From the IMG/VR virus record IMGVR_UViG_3300044957_000729: a stretch of 64,000 nucleotides of DNA; one strand, written 5' to 3'. How positions within the stretch are numbered: position 1 is the first letter of the stretch; every line of letters begins with the position of its first letter. The translations under genes and the position numbers were made by a program. Origin of the DNA: a virus. The notes under the pieces are model-generated. The model was not told the origin of the DNA and ran no database searches. It worked only from the letters and a program-made list of their open reading frames with translations. Shown here one piece after another: positions 39,201 to 49,900 of the stretch.

Positions 39201-42200
39201 TCTAATAGATTCAACAACACCAGGATATAAAAAATTCACTCTTCAGGCCCCTAATAACAGCGGGAATTTATGGAACGGTAAAATTTTAAATGTACAAGTT
39301 ACTGGATCAATACTTACGTCATTAACATCTGGTGCTTTTTCTGGAGGTTCTAACGAGACTGAAGAATACTTAGAATATAATTTTACAAATCTTCCTAATA
39401 AAAATATAAGATTCTGGGGAACTAAGAGTCTTTCGTGGGATACTTTCGAAGATTTTCAGTTCGATAAAGCTTATGCCCATACATGGGATATGTACGATTA
39501 CCACAATGACTGGTTAGGTGGATTTAGTTTATATTCTTTACAATATGGAGACAGGGTTAGGGTAACTAAAGATTCATTGGGAATAGTATTTGGTGAAACC
39601 GATTCACCTGGCAATAACTATTTGGACTTAAGTGAAGCTGCTAGTCAATTAAAAAATTCAGTAGATGATAACATAAAAAGGTTCGACTACACAGTTAGAG
39701 GATTTTCTGAACTTCCTAATAATTTTTACCAAAACAATACTCCTATTTCTCCAGATCTTAGTACCAATCCAGGTCCTAAAAACATAACATCTAAATTCTA
39801 CAAAGTTCCTACATATTCTCCTATTCTTTTTCAACCTACCGGAATAGCTTGGGACGCTGATGGAGATATATGGGTTACTGGTGAGGATGTTATTAAATTC
39901 GACGGTGCCAACTATACAACTTATGATTCTTCCAATAGCGTTATGCCCGGAGTTTCTATTCTTACTAATTGTATAGAGATGGACAGGAATGATGTTAAGT
40001 GGATAGGAATAGAAAATAGCTTAACACCACTAGTTAAAATAAACGAGAAAGATCCGACAGATAGCTTTGCTTACTCTGTTAGTGACTTCGTTGATAATGG
40101 AGGAAACCCTGTTAGTCCTATAACAGCTTCTAGTATAAATGCAATAGAAATAAACCCACAAAGCGGAGATATATTTGCAGCATTTACTTGTAACTCATCT
40201 CCTTCTTTCGATGGACTTTTATTCTATGATTCTCATGCTAAATCATGGTCTCTTTACACAACATCTAATTCAGATATTCCTTCAGATAATATTAGGGATC
40301 TTAGATTAGAATACTACGGAATGAATAAATGGTACCTGTGGATAGCAACAGATGCTGGATTATCTAGATTTAACGGAATAGATTTTAAAAATTATACAAG
40401 CACTAATTCTGGATTACCCGATAACGATGTTTATTCGATAGAACTAGATAAATTGGATCACAAGTGGATCGGCACTGGATCAGCCCTAGCTTACTGGGAT
40501 CATATTAGATGGGCAGTATGGAATCCTTCTACAAATCCCGAATTATCCGCTGGTAAGTTTGGAAATATAGTTGAGACAGGCAATGCTAATATATGGTTTA
40601 CTATAGACCAAACAGCATCTCCAGGAGGGACTGAATTATACTTCTTCGATGGATATTTCTTTACTAAGGTTTTATATAGAAATGATGGAGTGTCTTTAAT
40701 AAATCCTTGTAATGTTTCTCATGGAAAAACACTACTCTCAGCTCCATGGAAAACTATTAAGAATGGAGAAACAACATATCCAAAAAATCTTCTCTTCGTT
40801 ACTGACAATGGAGAGATAGGAAAGCTTGATTATATTATACCACATATCCATGCAACATCTAAATCCGTAGGGACTAATGGATGGGATTTTGTTTACCATG
40901 ACACATCAACTCCATTACCTTCAGTAGAATACATTAATAACAGTGGAATTGGAACATCCCAATTAGGATTTAGCTTTATAGTTGGCCCTTTTAATGACAA
41001 TATCACACTGAACTCAGATTACACTAGACCTGACATGCCTAATGTTGACAGATACTCTTGGTATAAGCCTATTTGGCAGCGTTATAGCATCGATCGTCTT
41101 AAAGATCAGTTTCCATCTTTAAATATCGACGATGTCTTTTTATACGCTCCTCTACGAGATATTCTAAACGAAAAAGCAAACAAAGAACCCTATTGGAGAA
41201 ACTCACAGATTGAAAGAATAGCACAGAAGAAATCAAGGGATCTTTTTGAAAACTTTGAATGGGTTATAACTCTAGGAAACAGCAGTCCAGATCAGGGTGT
41301 AAAAGTCACAGTTGACAACGAGGGAGATATTATAGCAATCGGCGATTTTACTGGTACTATATTCATGGGTGAGGTTAATAATATTGGTACACAAGACATT
41401 TATTTAAACAGTCTAGATCAAGGAGTGTACATCGCTAAATATAATAAAGGAGGGGTTATTCAATGGGCAACATCTATATCTTCGACATCTCCACAAGGTC
41501 CTATTTATGCCAGATCCGTTATAACTGATTCTAATGGTAATATCTACGTTGCTTGTGACAATAATCTTACAGGATTTATTGAAATAAATAAATATGATTC
41601 CGATGGTATTTTATTAAATACAATTACTGTCACTGTTACTCCAGATCAATTCCTAGGTGATATAAAAGTAGACAAGTATGAAAATATTTATATCTGTGGA
41701 GCATTTGAGGGAACACTTACATTAGGTACATACACACTTACTTCTACCGGACAAGAATCTGCTTTCGTTGCAAAAATAGATCCTTCCTTAACATTTGTGT
41801 GGGCTAAACAACTCACCACTACAACATATTCTAAAGCTTATGAGCTAGCAGTTCTTAAGGAGGAATATCTATATCTAACCGGAGTTTTTGACACACAAAT
41901 TAATCTTGGTCCTATAACGCTAAACGGTATAGGGAATCATGATATGTTTGTCGCTAAATTTTATACAGGGGACGGAACATGCTTATGGGGGGATAGCTTT
42001 GCTTATGATGCTAGCACATCATTTGGGAACACCTCTATATGTATAGATCCTAAAGGTCATGTATTAGTTACCGGATCTTATGAGGGAACTATAGAAATAG
42101 AAAACCAGAAGATATCATCATTCCCAGGAACAACTGATATCTTTGTACTTAAACTTCTTTCCACTGGAAAATTAATTTGGTTAAAAATGTGTGGAGGTCA

Positions 42201-43002
42201 AGGAGGAGACACTGCTTACGATATAGAAAGTGACTCCGAGGAAAACGTTTATATAACAGGATCATATACTTCCCCCGCATATTTTTCACCGGAAGAAATA
42301 GAATCAAGAGGGGGTACGGACATATACCTCACAAAGTTTAATAAAGAAGGTCTGCTAGTAGACATAGTTACTGCCGGTGGAATCAATAACGATTCTGGAG
42401 CGGATCTTGTGTTAGACGCGGAAGAAAACATTTATATAACTGGATACTTTGAGGGTGAATCCGAATTTTCACCTTATGTTGTTCTTTCACCTCCGGGGGG
42501 TTCTTTAGATTCTTTCCTAGGTAAAATACCTAAACAAAGATTCCAGAGTGGGTTAAAGATAGGGAGCGTTCAATCTTGGCTAGGATCGCATTCTTGGTCT
42601 TGGAAGGAGGAAAAATTATATGATAGGGAGTTTGAAATTCCACTTGCCACTACTATATTTATAAATCCTATCGATTCATTAATCCCCGGTAAAAAGAATC
42701 ATATCTGGACTCTTATTGACACGGAGACTGAAGAAACAATAGTGAAGCTAAGAAGAACACCATACTTTATATGGACTTTCTTAAAACCTGGTTTCTATAC
42801 TATCTACTGTGAACTTCAAGATGCAAACGGAAATATCTACCAGACTGAACACGAAGGAAAGATAAGAGTAATAGATCACAAAGAAGCTTTCGCCGGGGAT
42901 TTAAAACCGGAAGTTGTAAATCCGGAAGACTACTTACTAAGATCCATCTATTATGATAGAAAAGAATTAGGATTCCCTCCTTATTATAAATTTGAGATTT
43001 AG
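36229..43002 (+). CDS. giant baseplate wedge/adhesin protein (gp7-like) with beta-propeller and PKD-like domains
   Basis: GSYKSL..AI.FFGY wedge motif; Y...NS.LP.N.V..I..D..KWIGT (Reg_prop) and D..GN.Y.TG.F (SBBP) repeats. Confidence 0.65.
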   Translation: MTLQNLLFFDKKGDQYIFKWNSTNWEGSVLFPIVSEKLFEVQHIFIIEKFLDLSAEIKYGFPHSHGTSPGTPVWRTRWESNYDGKTDVSNIIYTYELGVDGELDAPVLVKTNSVEFYPEVVPGDTVDSPSGIVVTSDINESSMQINIALNSDTEGIYDRTFILEDYTDPNNPVTILKLGFHGEVEGEDSRLAVLLRNFGREFNQSDALIVREGDIKEQFPDYEIINNKRKELLLTGESIFPYLGSYKSLFNAIKFFGYYDLRIKEYWLNIKKDEADTLTPLQQNQKILNELSIPNIEGQSRLELISSLIKDENEGKFKQIEIYGKRKDGTFGLKKQFEQLFPSKSFKKTSLFGLFYDINRVVEDQDEDQYGYPIVEDAFAFSPEEVLIKLFGLKERLKRDYLPLNARIIDITGEGVYFNIYKTRGWTDQLDISEIKGGIKVDFSVFPQDGYIEDLRPFYIKPNQSGLLYPAVNGTEEGISYYGNTVDPYSNFQEYSLSAIPALESAVQSFYDDVKNGTMPKFLGDGDYDYPGYKLFSNGSEHVFPAGCPLIIKNNTFVLPWDDVSGSWNSFDTTITSTSLQIASYTSTTSNNPGTPLQTVNSTTTFTLPTTFPSSVTINIGAGNDWFDTASPQVLFVRVESVSSPGNLVLGYCSAGDYNTLTGDLYIQMMYTRGSGEYSNWKVTPTNVGFSTYTFDYYENFIHSNGFYSWNRIPYLDFYEIEWTIYKDGDSSPYFFQIRGGLPELETIVHFVPYVGNYNVKCRVWDTLNSISLGIKRSILKVDRRSIELNTITRFRESEIYNWDNSPLKWESYPSQWIFPVENTNKILDISDVIENYPEYSNNFNEGQQCEVLSKIPEVKATIEFEIGVSLIDINNILSTYNGSGYSLAIVTTNIPHGYSSGDTVWIYDSTGAPYGQYPITVTGTTTFEIPEIVITAITGGYVYGSGNIKITSDSILIADCNFQGDLNATTSLIYSTINSSPLNPKYKVINLIDSTTPGYKKFTLQAPNNSGNLWNGKILNVQVTGSILTSLTSGAFSGGSNETEEYLEYNFTNLPNKNIRFWGTKSLSWDTFEDFQFDKAYAHTWDMYDYHNDWLGGFSLYSLQYGDRVRVTKDSLGIVFGETDSPGNNYLDLSEAASQLKNSVDDNIKRFDYTVRGFSELPNNFYQNNTPISPDLSTNPGPKNITSKFYKVPTYSPILFQPTGIAWDADGDIWVTGEDVIKFDGANYTTYDSSNSVMPGVSILTNCIEMDRNDVKWIGIENSLTPLVKINEKDPTDSFAYSVSDFVDNGGNPVSPITASSINAIEINPQSGDIFAAFTCNSSPSFDGLLFYDSHAKSWSLYTTSNSDIPSDNIRDLRLEYYGMNKWYLWIATDAGLSRFNGIDFKNYTSTNSGLPDNDVYSIELDKLDHKWIGTGSALAYWDHIRWAVWNPSTNPELSAGKFGNIVETGNANIWFTIDQTASPGGTELYFFDGYFFTKVLYRNDGVSLINPCNVSHGKTLLSAPWKTIKNGETTYPKNLLFVTDNGEIGKLDYIIPHIHATSKSVGTNGWDFVYHDTSTPLPSVEYINNSGIGTSQLGFSFIVGPFNDNITLNSDYTRPDMPNVDRYSWYKPIWQRYSIDRLKDQFPSLNIDDVFLYAPLRDILNEKANKEPYWRNSQIERIAQKKSRDLFENFEWVITLGNSSPDQGVKVTVDNEGDIIAIGDFTGTIFMGEVNNIGTQDIYLNSLDQGVYIAKYNKGGVIQWATSISSTSPQGPIYARSVITDSNGNIYVACDNNLTGFIEINKYDSDGILLNTITVTVTPDQFLGDIKVDKYENIYICGAFEGTLTLGTYTLTSTGQESAFVAKIDPSLTFVWAKQLTTTTYSKAYELAVLKEEYLYLTGVFDTQINLGPITLNGIGNHDMFVAKFYTGDGTCLWGDSFAYDASTSFGNTSICIDPKGHVLVTGSYEGTIEIENQKISSFPGTTDIFVLKLLSTGKLIWLKMCGGQGGDTAYDIESDSEENVYITGSYTSPAYFSPEEIESRGGTDIYLTKFNKEGLLVDIVTAGGINNDSGADLVLDAEENIYITGYFEGESEFSPYVVLSPPGGSLDSFLGKIPKQRFQSGLKIGSVQSWLGSHSWSWKEEKLYDREFEIPLATTIFINPIDSLIPGKKNHIWTLIDTETEETIVKLRRTPYFIWTFLKPGFYTIYCELQDANGNIYQTEHEGKIRVIDHKEAFAGDLKPEVVNPEDYLLRSIYYDRKELGFPPYYKFEI

Positions 43003-43019
43003 TCTAGAGGGAATTTAAT

Positions 43020-43694
43020 TCAGGTCGTATATTCCCTATAAACGTTTAATATATCTGGTACTATAGGGTGTCTATGATTTTTCTTAAGGGTGATAACCTT
43101 AACTCCATTAACCCTTGCAGAAATAGTGTTCATAAAATCCAAGCCTGATTCTTTCTTGTTTTTTAGGTCAATCTGCGATGTATCCCCACATATGATGATC
43201 TTAGAACCAATCCCAAGTCTTCCCAATACCATTTCCATTTGATTCATAGTTACGTTCTGTGCTTCATCTACAATCACGCAAGAATTAACAAGAGTTCTAC
43301 CCCTCATGAAAGGAAAGGGTAAAATCTCTATGATCCCATCGCTAAACAATTTTTCAACTTTATCTTTCTCGTAAACCATTTCAAGGTTTGAGTAAATTGG
43401 TGCCAACCACGGATCCATCTTTTCTTTTAAATCCCCAGGGAGAAATCCTATATCTTCCTTTGCCACTGTGGGTCTAGTAATAACTAGTTTTTCGATTTCC
43501 CTATTAAATAGCATATCCAAAGATATTTGTACTGCTAGCAATGTTTTTCCAGATCCAGCAGCTCCTTTAAGAACGTTGACTGGATTTTCTAAAATAGTAG
43601 CTTTTGCATCTTTTTGTTCTTCGTTTAGATTGATTTTAAATTTAATGGGGTTTTTAGGTTTCCTTTTTTGTGTCCAGTTGCTTCCTGTATCCAT
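43020..43694 (-). CDS. phoH: PhoH-family ATPase
   Basis: G.AGSGKT, ITRP.V, GFLPGDL.EKM.PW, MRGRT, DEAQN, GD..Q.D, RHP. Confidence 0.95.
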   Translation of the reverse strand: MDTGSNWTQKRKPKNPIKFKINLNEEQKDAKATILENPVNVLKGAAGSGKTLLAVQISLDMLFNREIEKLVITRPTVAKEDIGFLPGDLKEKMDPWLAPIYSNLEMVYEKDKVEKLFSDGIIEILPFPFMRGRTLVNSCVIVDEAQNVTMNQMEMVLGRLGIGSKIIICGDTSQIDLKNKKESGLDFMNTISARVNGVKVITLKKNHRHPIVPDILNVYREYTT

Positions 43695-43711
43695 AAGATT
43701 TTTTTTATTTT

Positions 43712-43734
43712 GAGAAACATATCCAATGTTTCTC
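43712..43734. promoter_or_regulatory. perfect 9-bp inverted repeat GAGAAACAT-N5-ATGTTTCTC
   Basis: seen directly in divergent phoH/fibre intergenic region. Confidence 0.5.
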
Positions 43735-43778
43735 TGTTTAATAATTAACCCTGTCTTTTCTTAAAGTATTAAATACAG

Positions 43779-43788
43779 GATATATATC
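43779..43788. promoter_or_regulatory. palindromic GATATATATC, possible bidirectional late-type promoter
   Basis: contains GATATATA on both strands between divergent genes. Confidence 0.5.
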
Positions 43789-43805
43789 AAAAAAAGAAAA
43801 TTCAA

Positions 43806-44723
43806 ATGGCAATAACAATTACCGAAATCCTTGGAACGGATTCTATTTCAGGATCAAGATTAACCATTAATGCTAACTTTTTGCTTCTAGAGAACGCTTA
43901 CAACGATTTAGAAAACACTTTTAATATCAATGTGTTAACTGGATCATTAGACGTTTCTAGCGCATCTAGCGGGCAAATAAAATCTAAATCACTTCTAACT
44001 AACAGCTTGGCGATGCCAGCCTCTGGATCACCTACCATTGAAATATATGGTACAGGAGCAAGCGGAGGTTCTATTGTGTTCACAAACACAGTGGCAGGAG
44101 CTACTGGTATTTTTTCGAACGTTCTCCAGGTTAATAATCTTTCTGCTTCAGGAGCAGCAACATTCGGGGCAACCGCAACTTTCCAAAGTGTGCTTAATGT
44201 AGATGGAAGAATGACTATAGGAGCTTCTGGTAATTTTGTAAATACAAACAGAAAAGCTACCGTTGGATCAACCACAGCTTTTCCTTCTGCACCAGGTGCA
44301 GGTGTTACTGGAACATATTCCAGTCCTTATCAATTAAATTTAACTGAAAATGTTATCTATATACAATCAGACTTTGTTTCAGGCGCGACTGCTGATGTTG
44401 CAAACTCTACAGGATTTTTCTTTTATGCAGCAACAGGCAATGGAGCAACTGCTTCTGATATCCCTGCTGGTTACACAGTAACTCTAGTAGATGCTGCCAC
44501 GACTGCCGGAATAATATCAACGGGAGTTACCGGGCCTTCACCTTACTATTACACAGGATTTTCCACAGGGGACGGATCTTATTCAGATCCTATTATACAA
44601 ACACCAGGTAACCAATACAAGTCATCAATCACACTTATGTGGGAGCCAAGAATAGATCAAGGAGCAGCAACACAAAAAGGATCTTGGGTGATTGTTAATT
44701 CCACACAAGGCTTTACATTCTAA
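43806..44723 (+). CDS. Gly/Ala/Ser/Thr-rich fibre-like structural protein
   Basis: N-terminal I.G.D....R..IN.NF attachment motif; GAT/GAS-rich body. Confidence 0.55.
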   Translation: MAITITEILGTDSISGSRLTINANFLLLENAYNDLENTFNINVLTGSLDVSSASSGQIKSKSLLTNSLAMPASGSPTIEIYGTGASGGSIVFTNTVAGATGIFSNVLQVNNLSASGAATFGATATFQSVLNVDGRMTIGASGNFVNTNRKATVGSTTAFPSAPGAGVTGTYSSPYQLNLTENVIYIQSDFVSGATADVANSTGFFFYAATGNGATASDIPAGYTVTLVDAATTAGIISTGVTGPSPYYYTGFSTGDGSYSDPIIQTPGNQYKSSITLMWEPRIDQGAATQKGSWVIVNSTQGFTF

Positions 44724-44739
44724 TAAAGAAAAATAATCG

Positions 44740-46923
44740 ATGGCAAAGACACCTTTTATAAGACCTATAGCAGTTCAAGGAGGCACATTTTATACATTTT
44801 CTTCTTCTGCGGAGGATTTATCTTTAACCTTTAATAATTCATTAAAGAAATTTACTTTTTCTAAATATGCTTTATTAAAACTTCCGGAATTTGGAACTCC
44901 TACATACGGGGAGAACACCTTTCAGTTTAATGCTATCGATACAACTTTTTTAGATGCTGCCGCTGGAGACTTTATATTAACAAATCCAAATAACCTAAGT
45001 CCTTCCCCTGAAATATCATTTCAAAACTACTGCTTAAACTTAGAATCAACTATTATTTCTGATCCTAATTATAACCAGGATTTAAAAAGAAATGTATCTG
45101 AAAGAGTTTTTTGGAAATGGGTTAAAGAACTAGGAGGTGTTAGATACAGGACAGCAAACACAAATGAAGTAGTAGCTTCTTTAAACCAAACACTAATAAC
45201 CACAAAAGACGGTTATCCATATTCAGATAAAAGATGGGTAGAAGAAGACACTTTACTAACAGGAAACGGTACGCCTAATTCTAGATATGAAAGGATAGTT
45301 CAGTACATAGGTGATATAGACGTTGTAAATTCAGTACAGAATTCAGAGAACGCATACTCTGAAGTCTATATCCATGTTCCTACCGGAGACGGAGGTACTC
45401 CATACGTTTTATTTAAAACTATAGCGGACGAAAATTATTATCCAGATAGAACCTGGACACACTTACCTCCGGATCCAACAGATACGGAGTATTTACAAGG
45501 AAGAGATTCTGCTTCAGGACTATACGGACCTAATGGATTACCAAAATTAGCAATATTTGATCAGGATGTTTTAGGAGAACCTGGAGTTAGTGGAACATCA
45601 GCAACAGGATCTTTTACAAATAACTGGTATTCCCCAAGAGACGAGGCAAACTCGTATTTTAGTGATCCTACTTTTTTTGATAATAGTAATTACGAGATTG
45701 AAAAATATGTAGCTGCTTCAGGACCTGGAGGTTACTCGGTAACATATAAGAGAAATAATCTAGACGGGGTTCAAATAGATTTTGATCCAGCTTCATATAG
45801 AGCTATTCAAAACTATGTAGGTATTTCAACTATCGAAGAATGGAATGGAACGCCTATTACAACTTCTTTCGAGTTTAACGCAGTTTTGGTTTATTATGAT
45901 GTTTACGATCCTAATAACCCTACAGATTCAGAAACTAATCTCTATGGGATTCTTTTCCTGAACGATCCTGAGCCTGTTTCCCTAAACGCAGGTAAGCTCC
46001 CTTCATTTAAGAAGTTTAAACCCGATCTGATTACTAAACTTAATGGTAATTCATACGGATTTAAAATAAATCTAAAGTTTGATACCGATGTAGAAAGCAC
46101 AGGAGTTGAGCAGGCTATTAACGACTACTCTTCTTTCTCTCTTTCTATCTTTATGGATGCTGCTACAGTTTTACAGGATGCTGCTAAAAATCTTAATGAT
46201 AGAACATTACAGATAGCTGGTATGCAGAATGATATTAATAATCTTAAAGATCTAATAATAAACACTGACGACAGCGCGGAGATAAAAGCAAGATTGGACG
46301 TGGTCGAAGCTTCTTTACAAGCAAACCAAGCACTTTTTGATAACACCCAGGATATTATAAGCCTTATAGAAAACAACACTGATACTATTAACAACATATT
46401 ACAAAATCAGACTTCTATTAATATGTCTTATAATCTTGATCTATTAAAAGACGGGGACGGGACATCTGTAGATAGGAGCACTCCTAATATATTGAAGGTT
46501 AATGTTACTCAACAGGATTACAACATTTCTAATAATTCTTTATTTACTATAAATCCTGTAGCAGGAAACACTGTTCCTCTTTCAATTTATACTAACTATT
46601 TAAAACATAAAAATAACGGAGTTTCAATAACAGCTAATAATGATATCGTTATAAGAATAGATGACAGTATAAACAAATGGAAAAAAGGACAGGTTTTAAG
46701 ACTTGTTATAGGAGACGATATAGATCTAGGAAATTATTCACTTGTTATTCTAACTGACGCATTAGGTGAATATCCTAAATCAGCACCTTCAGGAGTACCA
46801 TATTCATCTGTAGTTGCAGGATTTCTTAATACACAGTTTTCTGGATCTAATTATAAACCAATTTTTGATATTGTTTGTATAGACGATAAGAACTTAATAT
46901 TTGAAGTTGATCAAATAAAATAA
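44740..46923 (+). CDS. putative virion structural protein
   Basis: long ORF in structural operon with coiled coil (LNDRTLQIAGMQNDINNLKD). Confidence 0.55.
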   Translation: MAKTPFIRPIAVQGGTFYTFSSSAEDLSLTFNNSLKKFTFSKYALLKLPEFGTPTYGENTFQFNAIDTTFLDAAAGDFILTNPNNLSPSPEISFQNYCLNLESTIISDPNYNQDLKRNVSERVFWKWVKELGGVRYRTANTNEVVASLNQTLITTKDGYPYSDKRWVEEDTLLTGNGTPNSRYERIVQYIGDIDVVNSVQNSENAYSEVYIHVPTGDGGTPYVLFKTIADENYYPDRTWTHLPPDPTDTEYLQGRDSASGLYGPNGLPKLAIFDQDVLGEPGVSGTSATGSFTNNWYSPRDEANSYFSDPTFFDNSNYEIEKYVAASGPGGYSVTYKRNNLDGVQIDFDPASYRAIQNYVGISTIEEWNGTPITTSFEFNAVLVYYDVYDPNNPTDSETNLYGILFLNDPEPVSLNAGKLPSFKKFKPDLITKLNGNSYGFKINLKFDTDVESTGVEQAINDYSSFSLSIFMDAATVLQDAAKNLNDRTLQIAGMQNDINNLKDLIINTDDSAEIKARLDVVEASLQANQALFDNTQDIISLIENNTDTINNILQNQTSINMSYNLDLLKDGDGTSVDRSTPNILKVNVTQQDYNISNNSLFTINPVAGNTVPLSIYTNYLKHKNNGVSITANNDIVIRIDDSINKWKKGQVLRLVIGDDIDLGNYSLVILTDALGEYPKSAPSGVPYSSVVAGFLNTQFSGSNYKPIFDIVCIDDKNLIFEVDQIK

Positions 46924-46928
46924 AAAAA

Positions 46929-49900
46929 ATGTCGAATACTAAAAATTCATTTTCATCATTAATAGCACAGTTTCTTAGGCTACAGAAAAACTCTCTGGAG
47001 ATTATAAATAAGCTTAATGATGTGACAACATCTTCCAAGGATTCTGTTGAAGTGGAATTCTTGATGGATGATAACACTTCTGAAAATATACAAATACCAT
47101 CTTTCGGATATTTAAAAACTGAGATAAACAGACTAGATCAAAACATAAAAGCTTTATCTGGATTAGAAGACAATAGAGCAAACGTTAGAAATCCGGACGG
47201 CACAGTTGCTAAGATATATCAAGCTAAAACATTAAAGGACCCATCATCTCCTGCTAGCTTACAGGTTCCTTCTACCTTCCAAGCTAGAAATAACTGGTTT
47301 TTTGAATCTTTCTTAAATCCTCTTCTTTATATAGAAATTGATGTTGAAAATCAAATCCCAGAAAATTCAGAAAGTGTTTATGTAAAAAGAATAATTGCAA
47401 ACACACAGTCCGATGTACAGAAGCAATATTTTGATAATAATATTAAGGGCAGAAATGATTTAAGTGATAGTGATTTTATAGCTTCTTTAGAAAGCCAAGG
47501 AATTCAATATTTTATTGATGAACAGATAAATGATCTAGATTTAAGAACAATAAGATATACAGGTTCTTTTGGGGTATTAAGGATATTTGACGAGGAAGTA
47601 CAAGTAACTGTAAACGGAACAACAACCACTAATACGGTTAGAAAATATAAACTTAACACACTAAGGTACAACGACGTTTTAGCAGACACAGAAAACTCCA
47701 GAACACTAACTAAAGGAGAAATACTAATAACTGCGGGGGGAACTAAATACGAGATAACATCAATTGATTCAACTAATCAAACAGTAGTATTTAAAAGATT
47801 ATTTGGGTTTGAAGCTATCCAACTCGGAGATTCGGTGCTAACAATATATTCTAATGTATTGTCTAATAGACAGGTAGAAGTAAACGTTGGATTTGACGAA
47901 AGACAAGGGGTATTTATTAAATCTATTGACGGGGACTTTAATGTCGCATCTAGTAAATATAGTCCAGGTATTTGTTTTTTTTCTAGTGAGCTCCAGATAA
48001 CAACTACCGACGGTGTAAAAACACTAGAGGCTTTTTATAACTCACAGGTTTCTGACTTCGGTAAAATATTTATAGCATCAGCGAAAGATAATACAATCCC
48101 TGCTATATATGGGCAAACTCCATCATCTCCTGTAGTTTCTCCTGGTAACTTTAAAGTGGTAAGAGTAAACTCACAAATAACAAACTCTAAAGAAAGTGAT
48201 GCTTTTAAAGATAAGGTTAAAACAAAAAACACACTAAAGAATGAAATAGATTCAATAGATAGGGCAATAGATCAAACTAGAAAACAATTATCGGAATTAA
48301 CAACAACCTCAGTTGGTAAAACCCCAACTGCAGAATTTAAGAAACTCAATGATAAAATTAGTGCTCTTTCAAAAGACAAGGGGGTTAAAACCGAATTAGT
48401 ATCTACTAATATAACAGAATTAAATAATTTAATTATAGCGGTGCCTGAATTAACAGAGGCACCTAAATACAGAGTAAGGGGATTTTGGCCTATACCTGAA
48501 CCTATAGTGGATCCTAAGACTGGAGAACAAAATATAGTTCAATTTAATGTAAGATATAGATATCTTTCGTTGACTGGCAATCCAAATGGTGTAGATCAGA
48601 TAGATTATATTGATAATAATGGAGTAGCAAAAACCGGGCAGTTTACTAACTGGGAACAATTTAAAAGCGATGTAAGGAAAAAAGTATATGACACTAATAC
48701 TGGAACATATGTATGGCAAATCGAGGACGTTAGCGACGCTAATACTGTTAATATAAATCAGCTAGACATTCCTATAACAAAAGGGGAAAAGGTGGAAATA
48801 CAAATACAGTCCATATCTGAGGCTGGGTGGCCAACTAATCCTCTAACTTCAGATTGGTCGACTTCTGCAATAGTTGATTTTCCACCTGATCTTGTAGTTG
48901 AGGTCGACAATTCATCTTTTGTAGTACAAAATAATACTGACACAGCGGTTTCTAAAGTGCAGAGCGATTTACAAGCAAAAGGTCTAGATCAACATTTATC
49001 TACACAATTTACATCAGGGGATAAATTCTATGCTCACAATTCTTCCGTTATTGCATCTGGATTTTTTGATGCAACAGGGAAAGCATTAGATCTTTTTCAG
49101 AAATTAACTCAAATTGATAATGAGCTACAGTCTCTAAGGGCCTTAATAGCTAGAGCTAAGGGGACGCTTGGTGTTTATATAAGAAGCGGAAACACATCTA
49201 ACAAGATCAACCCAGGAAGTACTATAAACTTATTTGGAGGATATTATGATCAACTTATAGATCTTTCAAATCCTAGTAATAAAGGTAAGATAGCAAATGT
49301 AGTCTATTATTTAGAACTAAGAAACGAAGCAGCAACTCCTCTAGAGCTTTCTTCCTTGATTCCTGGAGGACAAAATGTCAAAGCACCAAATTCTATTACC
49401 GGACAGACAGATTACAACAACAATAGAAAATACGGAGAAACCCCTATTCAGCTTTCTGGTATTGTCGATGCTAATGTTAATACAACTTCGCCAGGATCAT
49501 TCGTGCAAGCTTCTGGATATCAAAGTGGTAATGCTTTTTCCCAGTTTGTTTACAATAGATATAAGAGCGTAGGGCTTGACGAAGAATTATATTTTATTCC
49601 ACCTACATCACTATCGTGGAACATAGATAATGGCTCATCTGTAGGAGGTAGCCAGTTACCAATAAATAACGACGGGATAATAATACCATTTAAACCATCT
49701 ACAACAGGTGTGGTAAATGCTGGTGCTAATGCTAACATATGGGGAGGAACATACACAGCAGGAGCACCTGATATTAACGGAGATCTTAATGAGTTTTGTA
49801 TCCATATTTCACATCCTGACATAAATGATGGAAACTCAACAATTTTTGAATCTTTGATAAGACCATCGGTTTTACCTACTGGGCCTATGAATTATCCTTC

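Noticed and set aside
17695-43002. Bacterial extracellular contractile injection system or T6SS
   Set aside because: The gp13-like neck, gp32 SSB, resolvase and phoH indicate a replicating T4-like phage.
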